Source: Takakia lepidozioides
Lineage: Eukaryota > Plantae > Bryophyta
Direction of reading: 5' to 3'
NCBI GenBank assembly: GCA_030704615.1
Contig: CM060733.1
Span: 53,692,001-53,756,000, forward strand
Length of the DNA: 64,000 nt
The position numbers were made by a program, and so were the translations under genes. Positions 1 through 10,129 of this stretch are shown in pieces (the stretch's first letter is position 1; every line of letters starts with the position of its first letter). Under the pieces are notes generated by a model, which worked only from the letters and a program-made list of their open reading frames with translations, ran no database searches and was not told the DNA's origin.

Positions 1-392
1 CAGGGGATGGTCGTCGTGCACAGCTCCCTGTGACATTCATTGGGGGTATTACGGCTGCCCAACGGGGCAAGATGCCAACACTAGCCGCCTTTACAGCTGC
101 AGTAAGTTGGCCTGGAGAGTTGCTGGAAGGCAATGCCCATGCAGAGGATGTGCCACCTCCAGCAGAGCAGGATGACATGCATGGTATGGCGGAGTTGCCT
201 GCCATGGTTGCTCACACTCCATTGTGGGGTACAAGCAAGGATTTGCAGCAGGTTGCTGATCGACGGGTGCAACAAGCCTGGGTAGAGGCTTTTGTACCGT
301 CAGGAGAGGAGGAGTGTGCGGGTATTGCACCAGGACCACCTCAGTTGTCACCATTGGATACCACACCTATTGTGTGGCAGTATCCGGATGAA

Positions 393-1300
393 GGCATTTG
401 CCTTCTGGACTTCTTTGGCGGGATCAGCACCGGATTGGCTGCTGTGCTACAGACAGGTATGCGGATAAGGCGTTACCTATATGTGGAGAGGGATGAGACT
501 GCACGATGCGTCTCACTGCGCCATGTTGCTCAGTTGATACAGCAGTACCCTGCTTTGTTGCCAGTGTCTGCAGTTCGTGGATACCAACAAGCCTTGCCAG
601 CAGACATTTTGTTGCTGGGGGCGCCGGATTGCTCCATTGATCTGGTAGTGGCAGGTTGGCCCTGCCAAGGGCATTCATCAGCCGGGCATGACAATGGATT
701 GCGAGACTCAAGGACGGGTCTGTTTTGGGAGATGGTGCGGATTTTGCGCCACTTGCAGCTTCATCAAGCTGTATCGCCAGCATACATCTTGGAAAATGTG
801 CCACTGATGGGTCCGGTCGTGGCTTGGGTCAGCAGTGTTGCTGGATGCAGCTGTAGTGGGGTCACGGGCTCATCGTCCACGGCTTTGGTGGACTAACTTG
901 ATGCCACCCGCACTGCTCAAGCGTGCATTTGATGGGGTGCAGCGGCCAGCACACCTCACCGTGGATGGCATTTTGGACACAGGGAGGCAGTCTCAACGTG
1001 TGAGACACGATGACCGTTCGCCTTTGGCAGTGGTCAACAGGGTGGGTCAACCACGAGCAGCATTATCTACATTGCTCAGCTTCCCAGGATCCCATGCTTT
1101 TCGGGATGGTGGACCTGGCCTCCTGTGGGATGCTCAGTTGCAACAGTTAGTGGAGCCTAATGCCGACGAGCGAGAGCAGGCTATGGGATTTTCCACTGGG
1201 ACCACGGCGGTGCCTTCTCTTTCTGAGGCATCACGTCGTCAGGTGTTGGGGCAAGCAATGGATCTCAATTGCTTGACTTGGATTATCAGCTTGGCTATGG
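393..1300 (+). pseudogene. Dnmt3-like DNA (cytosine-5) methyltransferase domain embedded in retroelement pol; frameshift or deletion near 810-835
   Basis: Motif I LDFFGGI, motif IV GWPCQGHS (catalytic PC at 660-665), motif VI ILENV (792-800). In ORF 835: motif VIII SRAHRPRLWWTN, IX EREQAMGF and X RRQVLGQAMD. Confidence 0.9.
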
Positions 1301-1389
1301 CTGAGCAACATAGAGTGCGGAGTGCACTTCCCTTGACGGTCTCTCTGCCTACCGAGACGGCACAGGCAGCGAGTGAGGGCGAGCCGGTG

Positions 1390-4322
1390 AGGACCACGTT
1401 GGCCACTAACACGCCAATCTTTCGGAGACCCTATAGATACAGTGACATGGAGAGGTCTTTGATTCAGATGAGGACTCAAGATCTCTAAGAGACAGGTTTG
1501 GTGGAGCTCTCTGGTGGAGAGTATGCTTCAGCCACAGTGATGCCAGCCAAGAAGGGTGTCTATGGCAATTGGACGGAGAGACGTATGTGCGGTGATTACC
1601 GGCCTGTAAATCGTCAGACCAAGTCCGATAGGTATGCCATGCCGACACCAGAGGAGATCTTTGATGCCATTGGGCATTCCAAGGTCTTTAGCACGTTGGA
1701 TTTACGATCCGGATATCACCAGTTGCCGATCAAGGAGGCGGATAAGCAAAAGACGGCATTCTGGGGGATCAATGAGCACGGGAAGGATTGCCTATACCAG
1801 TGGCGGTTCTTACCATTTGGGCTTAAAAATGCTCCCGCTAAGTTTCAAAGAGTCACGGACAGGATTCTAGCAGGGGTGGAGTTTGCTCGGTGCTACATAG
1901 ATGACATCATCATCTTTAGTGCTATGATGGAGGAGCATGAGAGACCCCCTCAGGGGGTATTTGAGCGCTTGAGGACGCACGGATTGAAGTTACATCCGGG
2001 CAAGTGCAAGTTTTTCCACAACCAGATTGAGTATCTGGGTCACATGATATATCCTGGAGGATTGGGGGTACAGCAGACTAAGGTAGAGTCCATTGCACAG
2101 GTTCCACGCCCCACGGATGTGAGCCGAGTTCGAGCTTTCATGGGATTAGCAAACTATTACAGACGGTTTGTTAAGGGATTTAGTGCCATTGCAAAGGCTC
2201 TAACCAAGCTGACCAAGGTGGACCAGGAGTGGCAGTGGGAAGATGAGCAAGAACAAGCTTTTCAAGAGCTCAAGGCGAGGTTGACTTCGGCGCCCATCTT
2301 GAGACGACCTATCACGGGGTGTCCTTTTCAGCTGCATACAGATTGGAGCATGTTGGGGCTTGGAGCGGTGCTCACACAGGTGGATGATGAGGGAAGAGAG
2401 TTCGTAGTGGTTTATGCTAGCCGCTCGAACAATGCTGCAGAGTCTAAGTATAGCTCATATGAGGGAGAATGCTTAGCTGCAGTGTGGGCCGTGGCACACT
2501 TCAGGTGCTATCTATACGGCAATCTCTTCACCCTTGTCACGGATCACCAACCACTCAAGTGGTTGATGGAGTCAGACAAGCTTACGGGGAAGCTTGCACG
2601 GTGGGCACTCATCCTTCAAGAGTATGACTTTCAGGTGGTGCATCGACCGGGTTTGGTCAATCGCAATGCAGATGGGTTGAGTCGCAATCCATGCACGAGC
2701 CAGCAGGATGACACTGGAGCTCGGTGGCATGGTGAGACGGACGAGGAGATGGTTCCCGGATGGCATGCATCTGTATTTCTGTGTATCTTGGCAGCGGAAG
2801 GCCAGGTTGGACCTGCAACAGGGATGACTGTAGATCAAGTGTCTGAGGACCCTGAGGCCAGCAATGAACAAGGTGGCGCCAAAGATATACATGAGGATTC
2901 AGTTGTGTTGGACTACCTCCGCATTGGAGACACTGCAGCCACTGTGACTGCCAAGGAGAGGGATCGAATCCTACAACGAGCCAAGAGGTTCAAGTGGGAG
3001 GGGACACACCTGCTCCGAGTGTGGGAGGATGGTCGAGTGAGGATTGTGCCTCACCCAACACGGCGGGCACGGTTAGTGCGGCATGCCCATGAGGAGTTGG
3101 GGCATTTTGGGGTGCGACACACCCATAGCCTACTGCAGGGACAGTATTGGTAGCGTGGTATGCACACAGAGGTGCAACAATTTGTGGCTATGTGCATGGT
3201 GTGTGACAGGGTGCGTGTTTCATTCAACGCCCCTACTCCACAATTGCACCCTCTTCTGATCATGGGATTGGGCTACAGGTGGAGTCTTGACTTCGCAGGG
3301 CCGTTGCCACTGACCATGCGTCACAACAAGTACGTGTTGGTGATGGTGGAGCACTTCTCCAAATGGATTGAGTTGGTTCCATTGCCTGATAAGGCTAGTG
3401 AGTGAGCTGCGTATGCATTCTTGGATTGTGTGCTTAGCCGATTCGGTGCTCCAGCTGAGGTACTCACGGACCAAAGGAGAGAGTTCTTGGGGGAGTTTCA
3501 GGCTTTGTGTAACAAGGCCTTGATAGACCACCGCACCACTTCTCGGGATCATCCTGAGGCCAATGGCTTGGCAGAGAGAGTTGTTCACACAGTAAAGAGG
3601 GGTTTGCGCAAGTATGGCTTGCAGAAGGGACACCTAGGAGATTGGGACCTTCAGTTACCCTGGTTAGCCATGGGCTACAGGTTCAGCAAGCAAGCATCAC
3701 TTGCCTCCTTCTCACCATACTTTCTTCTCTTTGGCGAGAGTCGGATTTGCCTACATCCATTCGCAGAGAAGCTGCTACAGTTCTTAATCTTGACGATCCG
3801 GACGTGTGGGCACGTGCATGTGAGCAGCGTGCAGAGTTGTTCAAGAAAGTCATGCCCATGGCTTTCGAGAACCTTGCCATTGCACAACACCGTGATACAT
3901 TGAGGTATGCTACCATACGTGGTGGGGGCTATCGTCCTGGGGTTCGGATATTCAACCCTGGTGACTATGTCTATTTTCAGCAGACTGCTCCTACGACCTT
4001 GGATGTGACTGCAGGACGTGTTATTTTGAGGGTTCGAGAGGTCTTGCCCTCAGGCGTCTTGGTCTTGGAGGGTCGGGATGGCATAACTTGGAAGGACCAT
4101 GTGCATAATTGTGCGCCATGTCACCTTCCGAATGTCGATGGCAGGATTGACCCAAACCTGGCAGTGGTATCTGCAGGTTTGAGGTGCATGTTGTGTGGGT
4201 CTGCTAAAGGGGCAGCCACCATGCTGGTGTGTGATCGATGCTCTAGAGGTTGGCATATGGGATGCTTGACTCCACCTCTTGAGATGGTTTTGGATGGGGA
4301 TGTCCACATTGCATTGGATAGT
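1390..4322 (+). pseudogene. Gypsy pol: reverse transcriptase, RNase H, integrase and C-terminal PHD finger
   Basis: ORFs 1498-3153, 3160-3405, 3421-3903 and 3642-4376 contain MCGDYRPVN, LDLRSGYHQ, YIDD, HEELGHFG...CMVCD, LDFAGP, TDQ...NGLAER. PHD is CMLC...CDRC...WHMGC, with WGCPHC in a shifted frame at about 4295-4312. Confidence 0.93.
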
Positions 4323-4581
4323 GGGAGTGGATATAACCATGGAAGGCTAACAAGAAATGCAAGGCCAAGCTACTAGGAGTCCTTGAACACACGAGATCTT
4401 GGCTGAAGTTCACAGATTGCAAGACGGCGACTAACGATGGGGCTACTCTTGTACCCAGCCTCTTGGTCTATAGAGTTTGAGTACAATAGGGACAGTGATA
4501 GAGGACTTAGTACGGCTGTGGCTATTACATCTTGTAGCTATCTGGAGGTAGAGGGACCTATCCACCAGCTAGGGGGGCGAT

Positions 4582-5108
4582 TGTGGCAGACTACTTTATT
4601 GTGCATATATGTGAGGTGTGGTTTGGACATCGATGTAGTTGTGTAGCGATACGTATGCGCACAACAGCTGTCAAGTTAAATAAGCACAGTGTGAAACTAA
4701 CTAGAATAAAGCTAGTTATTTGTATTTAACACTTGGATTTAGGTCAAGTGTTAAATCAGGTGTCAAGTTTAGTTGACACTTGAACCGTCTTATCTTCACG
4801 AGAGCGTCAGTCGCGCAGCTCATATCTCTCGAGTTGAGCCTGCGCGACCGAGCTCCTTCATCGCTTCAGAACTGAGTGTGCTTATGATGGGAGTATAGGT
4901 TGTTGTGGGGTGGAGTCCCCATGGCTTGGGGTGCCCCTGGCTCGACTTCTATTTTAAAAAGTGATAGCGATGGATTCATGTTGTTTCTGGTGTGAACAGT
5001 GTGTTTCTATGCTTGTTTATCATTGTGGCAGACTACTTTATTGTGCATATATGTGTGGTGTGGTTTGGACAGCGATGTAGTTGTGTAGCGATACGTATGC
5101 GCACGACA
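4582..5108 (+). repeat. 3' LTR whose first and last ~85 bp are direct repeats
   Basis: Starts TGTGG just after the PPT AGGGGGGCGA and ends CGACA. 4582-4666 is nearly identical to 5024-5108. Confidence 0.75.
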
Positions 5109-5375
5109 GAGGCTATGATCATAATATATATATATTTTTTCTCTTGCCCTCTCTCTCTCCCTTTCTCCCCCTCTGTGAACTGGGTTTATCGAATTGTTGA
5201 TCGTTGTATACTTAAAATCTGGGTTGCAGGGAAACCGGATGATTTTCATCCGGGTTTCATATTTTTTTCTTCCTGGTAAGCCTCCGTTTTTTCATTAATG
5301 CCTACGATTTTTCATCCTAATCTACCTGGATTTCATCCGGCCTATGCTAAGACGGATACTTTATAAGCCTGGTAT

Positions 5376-5775
5376 GAGTGCCCAATCTTTTTCATCCACC
5401 CCGGATGAAAAACGGAGTTTGTTCGTCGGGTTCAAGAAAGTTGTGGATGATTATGAGTGCCCGAATGTTTTTCATCTACCCTGGATGGGAAATGGACTCT
5501 GTCCGTCGGGTTCAAGGCAGCTGTGGATACTTATGAAGTGCCCGACTTTTTTCATCTACCCTGGATAGGAAACGGACTCTGTCCGTCGGGTTCAAGGCAG
5601 GTATGGATGACTGTGAGTGTCCGATTTTTTTCATCTATCCTGGATGGGAAACGGACTCCGTCCGTCGGGTTCAAGGCAACGGCGGATGATTGTGAATGCC
5701 CGATTTTTTTTATCTACCCTGGATGGGAAACAGACCGCGTCCGTCGGATTCAAGGCAATTGTGGATGTTTTTCAT
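5376..5775. repeat. Tandem array of five ~79-bp units, each with a TTTCATC...GATGRRAA hairpin; possibly subterminal repeats of a non-autonomous DNA transposon (~5219-5830)
   Basis: Units start near 5376, 5455, 5535, 5614 and 5693 (GAGTGCCCGA...GTCCGTCGGGTTCAAGGCA). Loose inverted ends at 5219-5231 and 5815-5830. Confidence 0.85.
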
Positions 5776-7597
5776 CTAGTCAATGGATGAATGACGAAGC
5801 CTGACAGGATAAGGCCCTGCACAATCCTAGTTTCTTCCTTTTGCGCTGCGGGGATGCGCACGATGGCGGCATGGAGGTGATGGTGGTGCTCGTGCTGCAG
5901 ATGTCGTGAGCTGCCGATCCCTGGAGTGTTTAAGGCTCTTGTGAACGCCACCTCTGCGGGTTCTTTAAGGCGATGGCGGTGGTTTAGAGGGAAGATTCAC
6001 TGCCTCTTCTGACTGATTTTTTGCTACACAAAGGAACATAGGCAGTGATGGCTAAGGTATTGCCTGCCTTGTTGTGGAGTTTCCCTAGGAGCCCTCCCCC
6101 TGGATCATTGATTAATGACGACACCTTTGTGTAATCCAATGGAGTCTCTCTTCCCTTTATAAACCCTACCTTGTGTGACAAAGCTTTTTTTTCTTGCTCA
6201 TTTGCTTGGCAAGGCTCTGCTTTGGTTAAGGTATCTGTGATATGGTGCTGATAGAGGCCTACCCGCACGGCTGGGTTTGTGGAGCAATGGCTATCATCCC
6301 CCAAACAGTTAAAAGTGTTCTCTTTTCTGTTTGTATTGCTTCCCTATGATTGCTGGTGTTCTATGTACTTAGTTTCATGTGTATTTGACCTCGATAGCAA
6401 GTGTTGAAATCTGTCATTCACCTCGTGCATCCTCACTAACTCACAACTTGTTGTGGTTGTTTTTGGGACGGGCACAGGTGAGGGCTTCCACTTAATATGC
6501 TGAATTCTAGGTGTTGCAGGATGCCAAGTGGGTTGCAGAGCTGTGGAGGTGGTTGCTAGCCATGGATTCATCTTAAAATGTGGAAAAACTAAACTATCTT
6601 ATGGTTTTTCTTGATCCTACCTCTTTGTTTTACCTCCGAAAAACAGTATGGTGATGTTCGTGGTGGGCAATCTCTTTCAAGCTAGTGGAATGCCCCTATT
6701 TTGCTGTGACAGCCGAACCTATGGTGGTTTGTGTAGGACACACATCTGATTTTTGGGCCTTAGTTTACTTTATCTATCCTCTGCTAGGTTAAACATTAAA
6801 CATGGGGGCTCCAATGTACGATTTGCTGCAGCCACTTGGGTACCATGATGGTAAAAACCCCTGCTGTGTTTAAACCTGGCTGGTCATTCATCTGCATGCT
6901 TAGGCCATGGTAGGGCGGAGGTTATGCTTTGGGCCACTCGGCTGACAATGAAAAATGACAGCAATACATTTGGTTACTGGTTTTTTAAGCAGCCAAGGAG
7001 TTTAAATGCAACTACTCCTGGGCATGGTGTAGTGACATGTGTAGATGTGGTGTGGTGTAAATGTGATATGTGGGCAGTGTTATGTGCCGTTTTTGCATAT
7101 CATATGCTTGCTTTGCTGTGTCATAAACCTTGATTTTCAGCTGAGGCAATGAGTAATGACATAGGGGTGACCTGAAAATAATTAACCATGATCGTTCCCT
7201 CCCCTTGTATGGGCTGTTAGCATAGTGATTCGCCATACCATGGCCTTGGGATGCAACATATGGTGTGTAGTTGATGTGGAATGATAAAGCACCGATACCT
7301 GGTCATTTTTTTTAAGCTACACTGCGGACCAGTTTAAACACATACTGGTAGGCATAATTACATAAATCTGAGGTACCCAAGCTCTGTTTTTTAATCAACA
7401 TGACACTCATAGTTCGTAGTCCACAAAATGACGTGATGTGACGTGAACACGTTAACGTCACGTCGGAAGTCATGTCCCTTAACTCCGTGTATTGTTTTTC
7501 ATTTTTACTGTACATAATTAGCCGTTAGAACACGTAAGAAGTACCAGCGCATGCGGTCCTATTTTTTCAATTAATTTTTCAAAGAAAAAAAAACAAA

Positions 7598-8122
7598 TCG
7601 GGACTGCCGGCATTGGTAGTCCAATTTTTCAATAGATTTATAAATTGGCAGGAAAAATCTGGACGGCCAACGCTGGCGGTCCCCATTTTTTTTATTAGAA
7701 TAAAGATAAAATTGGGACAACCAGCGCTGACAGGTCCGATATATTTTTTAAGAATAAAATGAGTAATCGGGACAGCCAGAGGTGGCGGTTCCGATTTTGA
7801 TTTGTTTTTAAGTCAAAAGAAAAAACGCGGGGACCACTACAGCTATCACAAGTACAACGGCGGTGACGGTCCCCATTCATTTTTTATTTAACAAATTAAT
7901 TAGCACTGAGGGTCCCGATTTAATTATTATTATAAAAAAAATGGGACTGCCAGCGCTAGCCATCGCTGACGATCCTAATTTAGTTATTATCTAGGAAAAA
8001 AATGAGACCACCAAAGCTGACGGTCCCCATTTAAAATTTTATTTAGAAAAGAACGGGATCGTCAGCGCGCTGACGGTCCCGATTTAAATTAATATCTGAA
8101 AAAGAAACGGGACCGCCAGAGA
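7598..8122. repeat. Array of ~10 GC-rich palindromes (consensus GGGACCGCCAGCGCTGGCGGTCCC) separated by AT-rich linkers
   Basis: Copies near 7599, 7660, 7713, 7769, 7830, 7902, 7943, 8004, 8055 and 8109. Confidence 0.85.
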
Positions 8123-8127
8123 AAGCT

Positions 8128-8455
8128 CAAAATTTTGAGATACCTAAAAAAACATAATTAAGGTAGAATTTTCATGTATCTATATTTTGAAAGCTAAAAC
8201 TAAAGTTTTGAGATACCTCAAAAAAATAATTGAGATAAGTTTTTGATTATTTACTTTCTAAAATTTTCAAACTAAAGATTTGAGATACCTCAAAAAATAT
8301 AATGAGGTAATATTTTAATTATTTACATTTTAAAATATCCAAATAAAATTTTGAGATACTTCCAAAAATATTATTGAGGTAATATTTCAATTATTTATTT
8401 TTTGAAAATTCAAACGGAAATTTTGAAATACCTCAAAAATAATAATTGAGATACC
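8128..8455. repeat. AT-rich tandem array of ~72-bp units (TTTGAGATACCTCAAAAA...TTGAGGTA)
   Basis: Units near 8129, 8202, 8274, 8345 and 8418. Confidence 0.85.
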
Positions 8456-9283
8456 TGGGATTAAGATTCTGGACGTCAGTCCAGAAGATGAGGCTGAAGA
8501 GGACGAAGGTTAGTGAATTATCTAGAGGCCAAGCCATAGGTCATTGAATTTCTAGCCTATGTAATTAGTTTTAAGGGGATTGTTTGCTTAGAAAATTACC
8601 TGAAAATAGGAATAGAGGTAATTAAATCTAATTTTTTTTTTTCCTATTTCCTAATTAGAAGAGCTTACCTAAGATAGTATTTTTCCCATTTTCTTTATTG
8701 AACTCTATTTCTAGAAAAGAGCTAGGAGCCCTAGAAATTAGCGGAAAATTGGGATGTTGTCCAGTAAAGAGCTTTTCTTCTAGGCTAGGATGTGCTTTCC
8801 CCACCGGATAGCGGGAACGTAGGCGACCCCTTTGCACACACGTGCGATCCGGGAAGCGTGTTTGTGAAGCGGCCCCGACCTAAGCGGCTTGCCTTTAACG
8901 CTTTGTAAAGTCTTCTGGAAGCAGTCACTCCAAGCGGAGAGGACCTCTCGAGAAAACTAACAGGCTCCGGGGTGAAGCCGTGTTAACGCGAATAAAGAAG
9001 TTTTGGAAGACAATTAGTTAGGAGTAAGTTTCGTAGGTCATATAAACAGTTTGCCCTGCAAGCGTGGGAGTTGGACCCCGCGTTTCGCTGGTAGTTTAGA
9101 TAGCGAGAGGAGTTCCCTCCATCGACCGCTGACCCTCCGCCAAGACTAGCGACACATCTCACAAGTGGGTGGTTCTTGAGCCTAACCCACCTCGTCGTCG
9201 GACTCTAGGCCCCGGATTGACGTCGTCTTTTTCCCCTTCGCGCGCAGCAAGGCTCGTCATATTAGTGGTGCGTTTGCCAGGAG
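8456..9283 (+). mobile_element. Orphan LTR (left edge approximate) followed by a tRNA-Gly(UCC) primer binding site
   Basis: Ends ...CTCGTCA at 9259. TGGTGCGTTTGCCAGGAG at 9266-9283 is complementary to the 3' end of plant tRNA-Gly(UCC) with one mismatch (tRNA sequence recalled). Confidence 0.6.
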
Positions 9284-10129
9284 TTCGGTAAGTTGCTACT
9301 AACGATAAATTAGTGGTTGGTTATTTTGCACTAACAAGGATTATTAAGGTTTGAAACGGTACGCCTTGAACCTAATTTTCCCCTGAATTTACGTGCATGT
9401 TTTGATTAGACGTAGGGGTAAGCCTTTACGATGATGTTCATGCCAGAATCGAAGCCTGGATAGAGGTTATGTCGGCAGAAGTATTTTCAAGATGACAACG
9501 GACTAAAGGTTGTAATGAGTGAGCAGGATGGTGGTGCCAGAGCCACGTGGCCCCTCCGAGTCCGAGCGATGGCACTCATCTTTTGAGTCTCGAGTCAGGG
9601 GGCTCTATTAGTGAATTTTCGGCATCCGATCAGGAGAGTGTGTGCGGACTTGGATGCACTGCTTATCTGCCGGACGATACGCCGACGGATTTTGGATATT
9701 GCTGAGGAAAACTGGAGTCTGTGGATAACTACCGGAGTTGGTGTCGTGTGCGTCACGGCCTGGAGCAATCCCATATCTTCATTCTTTTGCTTCTACACGC
9801 GATGGCCAGGGTGTTGTCAGCCGCCGTTGGATACCTTCACTTGAGGTCCGTAGTTGAGGCTCACCTCGCCTGGCAGTTGGCCTATTTGGACTGTTGTTCG
9901 GGGGGCTGCTATTTCATGAGCGGCATGAGCATAAGAGGAAAAAAAAAAAAAAACATGAGCGGACAATTGTGTGTCCACGGAAATAGGGTTAGGAGGCACG
10001 GAAATAGGGTCATTCAAAGCTGGAACGTGGCACCAGTGGACTCGTCATAGCAATGAAATGCAATATTTTATTGCAAATTTTGTGGCAAGCCACATCTATA
10101 CAAGTGTGTCATAACTGTCATAGCCGGAA

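Larger units (their letters stand above)
1..5108 (+). mobile_element. Ty3/Gypsy LTR retrotransposon (5' part outside window) with DNMT-RT-RNaseH-INT-PHD pol, PPT and 3' LTR; degenerate
   Basis: Domain order RT (YIDD) > RNase H (TDWS...TDH) > integrase (HHCC, D,D35E) is Gypsy-type. Purine tract 4571-4580 is followed by a TG...CA terminal repeat. Several stops and frameshifts. Confidence 0.93.

Noticed and set aside
30-1488. Host DNMT3 gene or bacterial restriction-modification methylase contamination
   Set aside because: It is intronless and runs in frame into Gypsy RT inside an LTR element flanked by plant sequence.
5376-5775. CRISPR array or coding repeats (ORFs 5344-5568, 5457-5804)
   Set aside because: The whole unit is repeated with no unique spacers; the ORFs are by-products of the tandem repeat.
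7598-8122. CRISPR array (palindromic ~24-bp repeats with ~30-bp spacers)
   Set aside because: The repeats are degenerate, the spacers are mutually similar AT tracts, there are no cas genes, and the context is a plant nuclear genome.
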